Counted from the first letter of the stretch, positions 1 through 9,520 are shown. The stretch: 64,000 nucleotides of DNA from an uncultured delta proteobacterium (GCA_963737905.1 CAVTUQ010000040.1:61870-125869); one strand, 5' to 3'. The notes: generated by a model not told the origin, from the letters alone. Numbers and translations: made by a program.

Positions 1-520
1 ATGCGATGGGCAGGAGAAAGAAAAAAACCGCTCTCCAGTGAACGTAGTCGATGATCAATCCGCCGACGCTCGGCCCCACGAGGACTCCCGAGTGAAAAGC
101 CGTCGTCATAAACCCCTGCGCTTTGCCGGCAGACTCTTTCGGCATCGAATCCATCGCCAGCGCCCGTGCTTGAGATTGGGTCATCGAGGCGCCGATCCCC
201 TGGAAAAATCGAAACCCGATGAGTTGGAAGACATTCTGAGAGAGGCCACAGAGACATGCACCGATCGCGGAGACCACGAACCCTAGCCCGAATATCTTCT
301 GCCGGCCATAGATATCCCCGATCCGGCCGAACACCAGCGACAAACTGATCGTGGAGATCTGAAACGAGATCACTGCCCAGGAGATGCCGACGATGGTCGT
401 GTCCAGACTACTCGCCACCGTTGGCATCGATACGGCAAAGATTCGGCTCGCCGTTCCCGCTAGAAAACTACCCAGCGCGGCGTTGATCAGGAGCAACCAG
501 TTGGTGCGCGAGTCCAACAT
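1..520 (-). CDS. MFS transporter (EmrB/QacA-like), N-terminal part; runs off the window edge
   Basis: Manual translation from ATG 520 reads MLDSRTNWLLLINAALGSFLAGTASRIFAVSMPTVASSLDT...GRIGDIYGRQKIF...FRFFQGIG. This includes MFS motif A (GRIGDIYGR) and hydrophobic helices. Confidence 0.85.
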   Translation of the reverse strand, partial: MLDSRTNWLLLINAALGSFLAGTASRIFAVSMPTVASSLDTTIVGISWAVISFQISTISLSLVFGRIGDIYGRQKIFGLGFVVSAIGACLCGLSQNVFQLIGFRFFQGIGASMTQSQARALAMDSMPKESAGKAQGFMTTAFHSGVLVGPSVGGLIIDYVHWRAVFFFLLPIA

Positions 521-600
521 TGAGTTTTTGGGATTTGTACGAGAGGTTAGTTAGCAAACCCAAACAGGAGAGCCCAAACCACCCCACCCCAGCCTTCGTT

Positions 601-1002
601 CTACCAATACTTTTCCACGAGCTGGATGCAAAACTCCAAAGCCGCCTCCACTTCATGCGCGGTGGCAGCACCGCCCTCGCCACGCGCGCCGGACCGAGCG
701 TTGTGAAGCTTTTGTAAACGCACGGCCTCCATCCGCGCAATCAATCCCGCACCGAGGGCCTTTTCTAAGAGCGCCGGGAAATCTTGCATTGACCAACCAG
801 ACAGCTTCAAACGCGCCTTTAGCCAATCCTCGAGGGATTGATCGCAAAGCACTAAGACATCGAGGGCGGAGAGATTTCCGGAGGACCATCCGTTCATGGC
901 TCGACTTAGAGTCCGGATCGCTCTTCCCTCCGCCGAATGGTGACCTTTCAACCGCTCTTTTTCGGCTAAATTCGCAAAGATCGCATGGGGATCAAAAGTC
1001 AT
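601..1002 (-). CDS. Hypothetical protein, possibly HEPN/DUF4145-like helical fold
   Basis: 133-aa ORF. The segments QSLEDWLKARL and EVEAALEF resemble HEPN helices, but there is no clear RxxxxH motif. Confidence 0.55.
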   Translation of the reverse strand: MTFDPHAIFANLAEKERLKGHHSAEGRAIRTLSRAMNGWSSGNLSALDVLVLCDQSLEDWLKARLKLSGWSMQDFPALLEKALGAGLIARMEAVRLQKLHNARSGARGEGGAATAHEVEAALEFCIQLVEKYW

Positions 1003-1151
1003 TGCGTATGTCGTCCATTCGATGATCTAACTTTTATATCATGGATTTGTCACCAGTCGTAACTTGGATGTTCGCACTGACGAAAGATATTCTCGCCACG
1101 AAGTGATTCATGATCTTACGCTCGCCCACAAAGCATGAAAATGGAGAGCCT

Positions 1152-1248
1152 CGTCATGCCGGCATGGATGGCCGGCATCCAGGTGCGCAGGATGCGTCCG
1201 GAAACATCCATGTCGGCCTGGATTCCAGCACTCCATGCTGGAATGACG
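1152..1248. repeat. CGTC-tagged REP-like palindrome dimer
   Basis: CGTCATGCCGGCATGGATGGCCGGCATCCAG ... CTGGATTCCAGCACTCCATGCTGGAATGACG: two inverted hairpin units in an intergenic position. Confidence 0.75.
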
Positions 1249-1598
1249 CAATCGAGGAGTCGTACTAAGACTGACCCAGGCCCTCCACCCCGCGTATTTT
1301 CAAAGGAGCGCACGAAGGATACGAAGGATTCCGAAATTATCACGTTTCAATTTCTTACTTCGTGCTCCCTTCGGCTTTGCTCAGGGCATGCTTCGCGTCC
1401 TTGATCGCTAAATCTGTAGCTCAATGCGCTATCTCTCCTTGACCTGTTTTTCGCCATCCTCGATCCTCCATTCTCGATCCTCGCTCTCTGTGGTTTTGGC
1501 TCCGCCTCGCTGGCTTCTAAATCTCGCTTGTCAGCTATTGACATGAGCCTGCTCGGATCAATAAATTAGCCACTAAGACTTGCTACTGGAGGTAACTC

Positions 1599-2561
1599 AT
1601 GGAACCCCTTCCCCGCGGCGCAAATTTTCAAAGAGCGAAACTGCTTTGGGAAATCGGCTTACACATCGCCGGTGATCCCAATACGCCTTACTTCGGTCCT
1701 CGCGACATGTGCATCTCCGTCGGGAGCGGCTCGGCGGAAAACTTCAAACCAAAGCTGCGCATGTCCACCGGTTCACCGATTTTGGCCCATGCGGTCTGCC
1801 GCGGCGACTTGGAAATGTCGATGGTCAATCCCTCGGGCTTCCTCACGCAGGCTTATCGCGGCACGGGGTTATTTCCCCAGCCTTTGCCGGTTCGCATTCT
1901 CGCCACTTACCCGTCCTGGGACCGCTATGTTCATCTGATTCACCCGCGTACTGGACTGAAATCGTTGGCCGAGATCAAAGACAAGAAGTATCCGTTGCGG
2001 CTATCCATCCGCGAAGATGCAACCCATTCTACCCGAGTATTGCTGGACCAGACGCTGGCGTTATATGGCTTCACCCTTGCCGATCTCGAATCCTGGGGCG
2101 GCAGTCTCCAGCTCAACGGCGGACCGGGAGATGAGCGGCGCATGAACGCGATCCATTCTGGAACCATCGACGCGATTATCGATGAGGGCCTCGTGCTCTG
2201 GTTTGATGCGGCTCTAGCCGCCGGCATGGAGCCGATCAGCCTCGAGGACTGGGCAATGACGAAGCTCCAAGCGCTGGGCTGGCGGCGCGTCGTAATTCCC
2301 AAGGGCCGCTATCCACATCTCAAATCCGATCACGAGTGTATCGACTACAGCGGTTGGCCGCTCTATACCCGAGCATCACTCTCGGATGAAGACGCCTACA
2401 AAGTCGTTGATGCCATCAACGCGCGCAAAGATGAAATTTACTGGGAAGATTCCTACACGGGAGTCGGCCAACTAGGCCAAGACACGGACGCGACGCCGCG
2501 GGATGTCCCGCTCCATCCCGGAGCGGAGAAGTGGTATCGAGAGCACGGGATCAAGGTGTAG
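1599..2561 (+). CDS. TAXI/NMT1-like solute-binding protein
   Basis: 320 aa; GIxSLAEIK-like segment and C-terminal VPLHPGAEKWYRE typical of TAXI proteins; GGAGG RBS upstream. Confidence 0.75.
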   Translation: MEPLPRGANFQRAKLLWEIGLHIAGDPNTPYFGPRDMCISVGSGSAENFKPKLRMSTGSPILAHAVCRGDLEMSMVNPSGFLTQAYRGTGLFPQPLPVRILATYPSWDRYVHLIHPRTGLKSLAEIKDKKYPLRLSIREDATHSTRVLLDQTLALYGFTLADLESWGGSLQLNGGPGDERRMNAIHSGTIDAIIDEGLVLWFDAALAAGMEPISLEDWAMTKLQALGWRRVVIPKGRYPHLKSDHECIDYSGWPLYTRASLSDEDAYKVVDAINARKDEIYWEDSYTGVGQLGQDTDATPRDVPLHPGAEKWYREHGIKV

Positions 2562-2604
2562 GATCAAAGGGATTTTGATGTGCATGCGGGGAAACGGTCT
2601 CCAC

Positions 2605-2632
2605 CGTCATGCCTGCGAAAGCGGGCATCCAG
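2605..2632. repeat. CGTC-tagged REP monomer
   Basis: CGTCATGCCTGCGAAAGCGGGCATCCAG hairpin, same family as 1152-1248. Confidence 0.7.
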
Positions 2633-2718
2633 CAGGGGCATGAAGGGAGAATTCAAGGAATGATGTGGACGGGGTTGGCGTTGTAGCGCGGCTTGGCCGA
2701 CCAACGCATGTCTTCCGT

Positions 2719-2997
2719 TTAAGCCACACGTTCAATCTTCGTCCCTACGAGACGCGACGGTTGGTCAGGAGCTAGATCTTTGATCCGTACATATATTACC
2801 GGTTGCCGCTTTTCTCGCTGCCGCTTAGCATTTCTTAGATTGAAGCGCTTCAGCTTCTGGTCGTAGTCGGGCAGCAAAACAACTTGCGCATTCTTCGGTA
2901 TCTTCTTTTCCATCTCAGGATGGGTCAGAAGATAGCGCATGAACTCAAAGCTCAGCTCCAAATTTCTTTCTATCAGTTCGCTTTCTTGCATAGTCAT
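2719..2997 (-). CDS. Small protein, DUF5647-like putative antitoxin (paralog of 16789-17061)
   Basis: NLELSFEFMRYLLTHPEMEKKIPKNAQVVLLP aligns with NILLNTEFNKYLVEHPEVADKIPNNALVVLLP. Its ATG overlaps the upstream gene's stop (ATGA). Confidence 0.7.
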   Translation of the reverse strand: MTMQESELIERNLELSFEFMRYLLTHPEMEKKIPKNAQVVLLPDYDQKLKRFNLRNAKRQREKRQPVIYVRIKDLAPDQPSRLVGTKIERVA

Positions 2998-3301
2998 CGT
3001 CCTTTCAAAAACCGCTCGCGGTAAATTGTCCCGTTGGCCTTCAGGTCCGCTTCCGCAAATGTCAGGGCTTGATTGAAGTTAAAGAAAACAACGGTGTCTT
3101 GAGCGCCCTACCACGGTTATCGTATTGGTCTCGGTGGCTGAATCCATGAGCGGTGTCATAGCGCACCACAACCATCCATTTCCCCTTCCAGAAAGTTTCA
3201 TATTGTACTGTGAAACTAATGATTTTTCCTCTACTTCGAGCATGATGTTCCCGAAGACGGTCGTCTGGCCCTAGCCGAATCGTGAATTCGGTCCTTTTCA
3301 T
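2994..3301 (-). pseudogene. Putative toxin with RYDTAHG motif (DUF7718-like), frameshifted near 3087
   Basis: VVRYDTAHGFSHRD motif. After a frame change the sequence continues FFNFNQALTFAEADLKANGTIYRERFLKGR*, matching the C-terminus of paralog 17058-17372. Confidence 0.7.
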
Positions 3302-3448
3302 CCAGGAGTTAGCTCAACGAGGGCGGGAAGAGCATTTTGTCCCTTTACAAATGAGGCCGAGTCGCTTGGACTTCTTGATCGAAATACTATACTCCATGTC
3401 TTCCGGCTTTTCACTTAGATGATGTTTCGACCTCGATTCCGCGGAAGC

Positions 3449-4792
3449 TTATTCAATTCCCAGGGACTTCATCAGCTTCAAAAAATATTTGGCTTCAAGC
3501 CCGAGCAACTTGGCGGCAGCGGACCGATTACCGTGGGTTGTGGCAAGCGCCTTCAGGAGTAACTCTTTTCTCGCCGCATTTAATCCCTCGCGATACGGCT
3601 GCACTCCCGGAGCAGGCGTCGTCCATCCGGCGGCGATCCGACCAGGCAAGTCTTCCAACGTAACCGTTGGGCCCGCACCCAGCACCACCGCCCTTTCGAT
3701 CACGTTCGCCAACTCCCGCACATTGCCGGGCCAGTCATAGGCCTCAAGTTTTGCCTGCGCTTCTTTGGATATCCCGTTGATATTTCTTCTGATAGCCATG
3801 GCATGCTTACGGAGAAAATATTGGCATAGCGCCGCTATGTCTTCCCTCCGCTCTCTCAGCGGCGGAAGACTAATCGCCACAACGTTAAAGCGGTAATAAA
3901 GATCTGCACGGAATAGTCCTTCCTTAACGAAGCGCTCTAAATTCCGATTGGTGGCGGCTATAATCCGAACATCAACGGAAATCGGCGTAACTCCGCCTAC
4001 CCGCTCGAATTCTCGCTCTTGAAGAAAGCGCAATAGCTTCGCTTGGAGTTCCAGAGAGATATCGCCGATCTCGTCGAAAAAGATCGTGCCGCCGTGAGCC
4101 AATTCGATCTTGCCGGTCTTACGCCGGTGCGCGCCGGTAAACGCCCCTTGTTCGTGGCCGAACAGCTCGCTCTCCAGGAGCTCTTTCGACAGACCCACCG
4201 AGTTGATAGCGATAAAAGGTCTGTCTTTTCTTTCACTCCAGTTGTGGATGGAGCGAGCAAAGATCTCTTTGCCGGTGCCGCTTTCGCCGAGGAGTAAGAC
4301 TGTTGCACTGCTGGCAGCAGATTTCTTGGCCAAATCAACGGCCTCCTTCATCGCGGCGCTCTCTCCGACCACCAAACGATAGCGGTCTTCGACCTCCTCC
4401 GAGAGAATCTCGACGCCGCGTTTGAGCCTTTGTCGCTCCAGAGCTTTACGCACTACCAGGGCGATATGATCCGGCTCAAAGGGCCTGGTGATGAAATCGT
4501 AGGCCCCTTCTTTCATCGCCTCCACGGCCCGCTCCATCGTTCCGTAGGCGGTGATCATCACCACAGGAGTATCGTTCTCTTTCTTGCGAAGTTCTTTTAA
4601 AACTTCCAACCCGCTAAGATCCGGCATCATGTAATCGAGAATAATGAGATCGGGCCGCGACGACTCGATTTTTTTAAGCGCCTCGCGACCATCGCTCGCG
4701 GCAACGACCGAGTAGCCCTCGTGGGTCAACTCCTGGCTGAGAATATTTCGGTTGGACGGCTCGTCGTCCACGATCAGAATCTTGTCGCTCAT
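3449..4792 (-). CDS. Sigma54-dependent response regulator (NtrC family: REC-AAA+-Fis HTH)
   Basis: Receiver domain (ILIVDD, LDYMMP), Walker A GESGTGKE, GAFTGA loop, WPGNVREL and a C-terminal HTH (GNRSAAAKLLGL). Confidence 0.96.
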   Translation of the reverse strand: MSDKILIVDDEPSNRNILSQELTHEGYSVVAASDGREALKKIESSRPDLIILDYMMPDLSGLEVLKELRKKENDTPVVMITAYGTMERAVEAMKEGAYDFITRPFEPDHIALVVRKALERQRLKRGVEILSEEVEDRYRLVVGESAAMKEAVDLAKKSAASSATVLLLGESGTGKEIFARSIHNWSERKDRPFIAINSVGLSKELLESELFGHEQGAFTGAHRRKTGKIELAHGGTIFFDEIGDISLELQAKLLRFLQEREFERVGGVTPISVDVRIIAATNRNLERFVKEGLFRADLYYRFNVVAISLPPLRERREDIAALCQYFLRKHAMAIRRNINGISKEAQAKLEAYDWPGNVRELANVIERAVVLGAGPTVTLEDLPGRIAAGWTTPAPGVQPYREGLNAARKELLLKALATTHGNRSAAAKLLGLEAKYFLKLMKSLGIE

Positions 4793-4858
4793 GTCCGCTC
4801 TTAGCTCGGCGTTCTTTGCACTTGCAGGTTAACGGTTCTGCTCCTCACCCTTTACCCC

Positions 4859-6757
4859 TTACCCCGATTTCAACGGCAGCCTCACCGTGAAAACCGATCC
4901 TTTACCCACCTCGCTTTCAACAGCAACCTCTCCGCCCAGAAGCTCCACGAATCTCTTCACAATGGCCAGTCCCAGACCAGTGCCCCGATATTGCTTCGTG
5001 CTCGACGAGTCCCCACGGTGAAACTCCTCGAAGATCTGATTCAGGTCCTCTTTTCCGATCCCAATACCCGTGTCCGAGACCATTAACTGCAATGATCCGT
5101 TTTGTTGCGATGCGGAAATCTTGATTTCACCTTGCTCAGTATACTTTATTGCATTGTCCAAGAGGTTGAGAATAATTTGTCTTAGCTTTTCTCGATCTGT
5201 ATTCAAGGGCCCCATGCCTGGATCGATTTCTCGAACGATGCGAACGCTGCCACCGTTCAAGGTCGGTTCGATGGTTGATAGAGCGCCCTGAATGACTTCG
5301 TTTACCCTAACCGGTTCCACATGCATTTCCATCTTACCTGCTTCGATCTTGCTAAATTCCAGCAGGCTGTCGATTTGATTGAGCAAACGTTCAGCGTTAC
5401 GGAGGAGATCTTCGAGATTTTCTCTTTGCAATCGCGAGATCTGGCCCTCGGTGGCACGCAGGACCAAATGTGCATAGCCGATGACCGCGCTCATAGGAGT
5501 ACGGAGTTCATGGTTTACATTTGCGAGAAATTGCGACTTGAGTTGGCTCGCCTCTTCCAGTTTCTCGTTGGCGACGGTCAGCGCCTGTGTCCGTTCCGCG
5601 ACTTTTCGCTCCAGGCTGGTTTGAGCTTCTTTAAGATGCGCGGTCATCTTGTTGAATTCCTCGGCGAGAGTCTCGATCTCATCCCCGGTCTTGATTTCAA
5701 GCCGGGAATTCAGGTCACCACTACTGATACGTTCCACTCCTTCACGCAAGGCCTGGAGCGGACGCACTACCCGGCGCGCCAGATAGAGGCTCGTCAAGAG
5801 TGCCAATCCCAAACCAACCAAAAGCAGGCTGGAAGTGCGTAAAATTGAAGAGTAGAGAGGCTCACGTGCATCTTCTATCGGTCGTTCAACAAAGACAGCC
5901 CAGTCCAGAATCGGGATCAGAGCATTGGAGCTGAAAACCTTTTGTCCTTGGAGGTTGTAGCTAACGATCGCTCTCGGCTTGAGTCCGCCTTGACTGGGTT
6001 GGAAAGCTTCTTTCAATTGATCCAGGACCACTTTTTTTTGTTGCAGGACTAATTTGATATTCGGGTGGGCAATGAGATCTCCCGCTCGCGTAACCATGTA
6101 GGCATAGCCCGCCTTGCCGACTTTGGTCGCGGATATGATGTCCCAAATATCTCTGAGGCTGAGTTCAGCTCTAAGGACACCTATGACGTCGCCAGTCGAG
6201 TACTCGATGGGGACGGCGATGGTCATGTAAGGTTCGAACTCTCGGAAGTAGGCCGCGCCGAAATAAGGCTTCCCTTGTTTGGATTGCCGAAAGGCTGCGG
6301 ATGCGGAGAAATTTCTTCCGGCATCAGACGAAACAGCGCGGAAGCGCGAGGTCTGCACCCGTATCACACCATTTCCGTCCAGCGCTGCTGCTTCAGTGAT
6401 CGCAGGCTCTAAAAAAAGAAGTCTCTTCAATTCAAACTCGTACGTGGGTGATATGCCATTAGCAGTGATATCTCGACTCTTGGTCGTAGCTTTCATTGAG
6501 GTTACAACATCTTGGATGAATCGCTCAATCTTTAAGGAAGTACCCACCGCGGCATCATGTTGTGCGAGGGCAAGCTGCTCCAGATTTTCCTGATACCGGA
6601 AATAGATTTCTACGAGTCCGCTGGAGATGAGCCCGCCGGCCAACAAGATCACCGAGAAAAAAAAGTAGTCTCGCACCAGCCGTTCACGGCCTGCTCTGCG
6701 CGAAAGATGCAGACGTTCTAGTAACTTCCTCAGTCTCAGTCCGAAATCCACAATCAA
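4859..6757 (-). CDS. Sensor histidine kinase (TM-Cache-TM-HAMP-HisKA-HATPase)
   Basis: Two TM segments around a Cache-like region, HAMP, H-box NHELRTP, N-box NLLDNAIKYT, G-boxes DTGIGI and GTGLGL. Confidence 0.95.
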   Translation of the reverse strand: MIVDFGLRLRKLLERLHLSRRAGRERLVRDYFFFSVILLAGGLISSGLVEIYFRYQENLEQLALAQHDAAVGTSLKIERFIQDVVTSMKATTKSRDITANGISPTYEFELKRLLFLEPAITEAAALDGNGVIRVQTSRFRAVSSDAGRNFSASAAFRQSKQGKPYFGAAYFREFEPYMTIAVPIEYSTGDVIGVLRAELSLRDIWDIISATKVGKAGYAYMVTRAGDLIAHPNIKLVLQQKKVVLDQLKEAFQPSQGGLKPRAIVSYNLQGQKVFSSNALIPILDWAVFVERPIEDAREPLYSSILRTSSLLLVGLGLALLTSLYLARRVVRPLQALREGVERISSGDLNSRLEIKTGDEIETLAEEFNKMTAHLKEAQTSLERKVAERTQALTVANEKLEEASQLKSQFLANVNHELRTPMSAVIGYAHLVLRATEGQISRLQRENLEDLLRNAERLLNQIDSLLEFSKIEAGKMEMHVEPVRVNEVIQGALSTIEPTLNGGSVRIVREIDPGMGPLNTDREKLRQIILNLLDNAIKYTEQGEIKISASQQNGSLQLMVSDTGIGIGKEDLNQIFEEFHRGDSSSTKQYRGTGLGLAIVKRFVELLGGEVAVESEVGKGSVFTVRLPLKSG

Positions 6758-6767
6758 GAGTCCTAAC

Positions 6768-7787
6768 TCACTTGATGATCCGGTCTGCCCACGTAAGCAT
6801 CTTGTCTGGAATCGTCACTCCAATTTCCTTAGCCGTCTTGAGGTTGATGACCAGCTCAAACTTTTTCGGCAGCTCTATCGGTAGCTCCGCCGGCTTCGCT
6901 CCTTTGAGAATCTTGTCCACGACATATGCCGCCCTCCGGAACTGCTCAATTTCGTTAGCCCCATAAGCCATAAGGCCGCCGACCTCCGCGAAGTCCGCTC
7001 GCCAGAAAATTCCGGGAAGACGCCTTTTTAAGGCCAAGTCGGCAACGTAGCCCAAGTCTTGACCGATGATTGAACTCGGCAGCAAGACAAAGGCTCCGGC
7101 TTGCCCTCGCGTCGCCCATGTGAACGCGGCGCCTACCGAACGTCTCACCAAACCGGATGGGTGCTTTTTAAACAATTTCACCTCCGCCGATTCCAACTCG
7201 ACTCCTAGTGAACGCGCCGTAACCTCCATACCTTTCATTGTTGGTTCCGCTTCAAATCCCTGGCTCCAGAGCACTGCTACCCGGCTGACCCTTGGAACCG
7301 TTTCTTTGAGCAGTTCGAGCCATTTTCCACCTAGCTCCGTTGACATACCGCTTATGCCCGTCACATTTCCTCCCGGTCGCTCACGGCTTGCCACAATCCC
7401 AACCGCGACCGGATCACCGAGATATGCCATGACGATAGGGATTGTCCTTGTTGCCTGCATGGCGGCACTTAAGGCAGGTGAACGTTGGGGGACGATCACG
7501 TTAACGTTGAGCCGGACCAACTCGGCGGCAAGCCCCGCAAGCCGCCAGTCGTTTCCAAAAGCAAATCGGGGCTCAATAATGATGTTCTGCCCCTCGATGT
7601 AGCCAACCTCGCGCAGACCTTGCCGGAACGACTGAAAGGCGGGAGACGATGGATCGTCGAGCCCGAGATAACCTATTCGTGGAACTTTCGTAGTCTGCTG
7701 AGCTCCGGCGAAGCCTTCAGTTAGAGCCATGAGCGTGATGATCAGAACGCGCAGAAAGATATTTTTCACGTCGCTTGCCTTCGGCAT
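6768..7787 (-). CDS. ABC-type substrate-binding protein (ABC_sub_bind-like), orphan
   Basis: Signal peptide, RIGYL, PGGNVTG, GGLMAYG, DKILKGAKPAELPIE, ELVINLKTAKEIG. No permease or ATPase gene nearby. Confidence 0.92.
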   Translation of the reverse strand: MPKASDVKNIFLRVLIITLMALTEGFAGAQQTTKVPRIGYLGLDDPSSPAFQSFRQGLREVGYIEGQNIIIEPRFAFGNDWRLAGLAAELVRLNVNVIVPQRSPALSAAMQATRTIPIVMAYLGDPVAVGIVASRERPGGNVTGISGMSTELGGKWLELLKETVPRVSRVAVLWSQGFEAEPTMKGMEVTARSLGVELESAEVKLFKKHPSGLVRRSVGAAFTWATRGQAGAFVLLPSSIIGQDLGYVADLALKRRLPGIFWRADFAEVGGLMAYGANEIEQFRRAAYVVDKILKGAKPAELPIELPKKFELVINLKTAKEIGVTIPDKMLTWADRIIK

Positions 7788-7884
7788 CCCTATATCACGG
7801 AAAGGCTTTCGGTGCAGTCATTCGGAAATCGGGATCGTCGCAGCTCTACGTTCAACCGAGTCCAGTGCAACCCCTGGATTAAGG

Positions 7885-7899
7885 GCAAAGGAAGTGCCA
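7885..7899 (-). promoter_or_regulatory. Sigma54 -24/-12 promoter for the SBP-HK-RR operon
   Basis: Minus strand reads TGGCAC-TTCCT-TTGC, about 100 bp upstream of the SBP gene and about 100-135 bp from the twin palindromes at 7996-8034. Confidence 0.75.
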
Positions 7900-7995
7900 A
7901 TCGCCCGATGCCTGAGAACCCATCCAAGAATGGCTGGGGTTAGTGGATAATTTCCTCCGTGCTGTCGTTGTTCAAATCCACGGGCGTAAAAACAC

Positions 7996-8124
7996 GGTGG
8001 CTTTTAAGACACCCAGGGTGGCGAAAAAGCCACCTTTTTTAATTGTCTAGCAAGCACTTCTTTATCAGCGCTTCCGTTAACTCAATCACTTAGCCGTCTG
8101 TTCTTAGCTGGCACTACGGTTGCT
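7996..8124 (+). promoter_or_regulatory. Sigma54 promoter module copy 1 (twin UAS palindromes, IHF-like site, -24/-12 box)
   Basis: GGTGGC-TTTTAA-GACACC (7996-8013), GGTGGC-GAAAAA-GCCACC (8017-8034), ACTCAATCACTTA (8080-8092), TGGCAC-TACGG-TTGCT (8109-8124). Confidence 0.88.
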
Positions 8125-8369
8125 GAGTAGTCGCAAGGATGATTACACACGACTCGTGCTTGAGTAGCGAGAGAGTTACTAAAAACAAATCACAAGGAGG
8201 AAGGTCGTCATGGGAAAATTAGTTCTCATGTCGTTCGGCTGAATCGACTTTTCCGCATTGTCATTTTCCGAATAGGCGTCGCGGTCGTCACTTCGGAAAG
8301 GTGCAAATTCTACGTAGCAACCTGCGGGGGAATTCACCTCACTTAGATTGAAGATAAAGGGAGGAAAAT

Positions 8370-8831
8370 ATGAAACTAAAAATGAGTTCAGTGGTAATGG
8401 TCGCTCTGGCGAGTGGCTTGTTGTTGGTGTCATCACATTTCCAGAGAGTCCATGCAGACGATCGGCATGAAAGAGCCTGCTCAAACAAAACTCTGAACGG
8501 TTCCTATGGAAGCTACAGGACGGGAACCACCAGCACGGGCCCACTGGCCGCAGTCGGCATTCTCTTCTTCGACGGCAACGGAACCGTTTTTGGGAGCCAG
8601 AACATCAGCAGGAACGGAGTCTTCACTTTTGATGTGCCAATCCCCCCCAGTCCGTATGAGGTGGCTGCGGATTGCACTGCCAAGTTCTTAACCGACACCG
8701 GTGACGAGGTTGCCCGGGTTCACATCGTAGACGGGGGAAATGAGTTTTACGAGCTCAGCGAGACGGCGGGTAATGCGGTCTATGGAGTTGCGAAAAAAAT
8801 CCACACTGCCGACGACGACCGCGACCGCTGA
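8370..8831 (+). CDS. Secreted hypothetical protein (beta-rich, two Cys)
   Basis: GGAGG RBS, N-terminal signal peptide ending VHA, CSNKTLNGSYG...YEVAADCT. Confidence 0.8.
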   Translation: MKLKMSSVVMVALASGLLLVSSHFQRVHADDRHERACSNKTLNGSYGSYRTGTTSTGPLAAVGILFFDGNGTVFGSQNISRNGVFTFDVPIPPSPYEVAADCTAKFLTDTGDEVARVHIVDGGNEFYELSETAGNAVYGVAKKIHTADDDRDR

Positions 8832-8908
8832 GTTGGGTCGGAGTCCACAGGGCAAGGAGAGCGAAAGCAAACTGGGAGTCTTTTCCTGATCGTTCTGAAT
8901 CAATGAGG

Positions 8909-8931
8909 CCGCGGGGCTTTTCGCCCCGCGG
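8909..8931. terminator. GC-rich hairpin, possible terminator
   Basis: CCGCGGGGC-TTTTC-GCCCCGCGG, with no U-tract after it. Confidence 0.45.
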
Positions 8932-9049
8932 ACCGTCTGTGAATGAGCTTGGATCGCCGTCTAGCCACCAGGGCTCGCTGGTCATGACGCGACGAAGGGA
9001 ACAAAAATGGAGCGAGAGTCTTTTTCTTTGATCTTTGAATGGAACCGAC

Positions 9050-9175
9050 ATGAGGGTTAGCAAAGCCCATGTTAAGAATTTGTTGGTGGCGCTTCTATGG
9101 TTGATGTTGGCTGGCGGCGCTGTTTCAAATTGTGCCCTCACCGGCATACGGGCCGTAGCGCCATCGAACGCACCG
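9050..9175 (+). pseudogene. N-terminal remnant of the M23-like gene (paralog of 18528-19148)
   Basis: MRVSKAHVKNLLVALLWLMLAGGAVSNCALTGIRAVAPSNAP versus MRVSKVYTENFLASLLWLMMAGCAVSSCALTGIRAVGPANAP. Confidence 0.85.
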
Positions 9176-9205
9176 AGTGATTCCCTCTGTAGACAAAAAC
9201 GGAAT

Positions 9206-9387
9206 CTGCTTGACTTGATCATGCCCGAGAACCCAGATGCGGCCACTGTCGAGTGATCTGCGCGAGTTTTATCCACTTACTGAACACGAACAGTGTTAAG
9301 TACGTGATCGTCGGCGCCATGGACGCTCGCATTCCACGGGCCACCACGTTATACCAGCGATCTCGATATCTTTGTTGCCAGAGACGA
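9206..9387 (+). pseudogene. Degenerate fragment of the small-gene/nucleotidyltransferase pair (paralog of 19342-19521)
   Basis: Close DNA match from CTGCTTGACTTGATCATGCCCGAGAACCC to GATATCTTTGTTGCC.GAGACGA, with a stop codon and indels. Confidence 0.85.
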
Positions 9388-9520
9388 AATCAGGTGAGCG
9401 AGGCTGGTCGGCTCGTCCTTTCTCCTTTCTCACCTGTCGCCAAACCCCATGGATTCCCGGGGAAAATTTCCTTAGCGTGGCATTTTCAGACGTGCAACAC
9501 ATCTCAAAATTCTAGAGGAG

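Noticed and set aside
601-1002. Active HEPN RNase toxin
   Set aside because: There is no RxxxxH motif and no adjacent nucleotidyltransferase partner.
1116-1544. Short ORFs in this interval
   Set aside because: They are translations of palindromic and short-period repeats.
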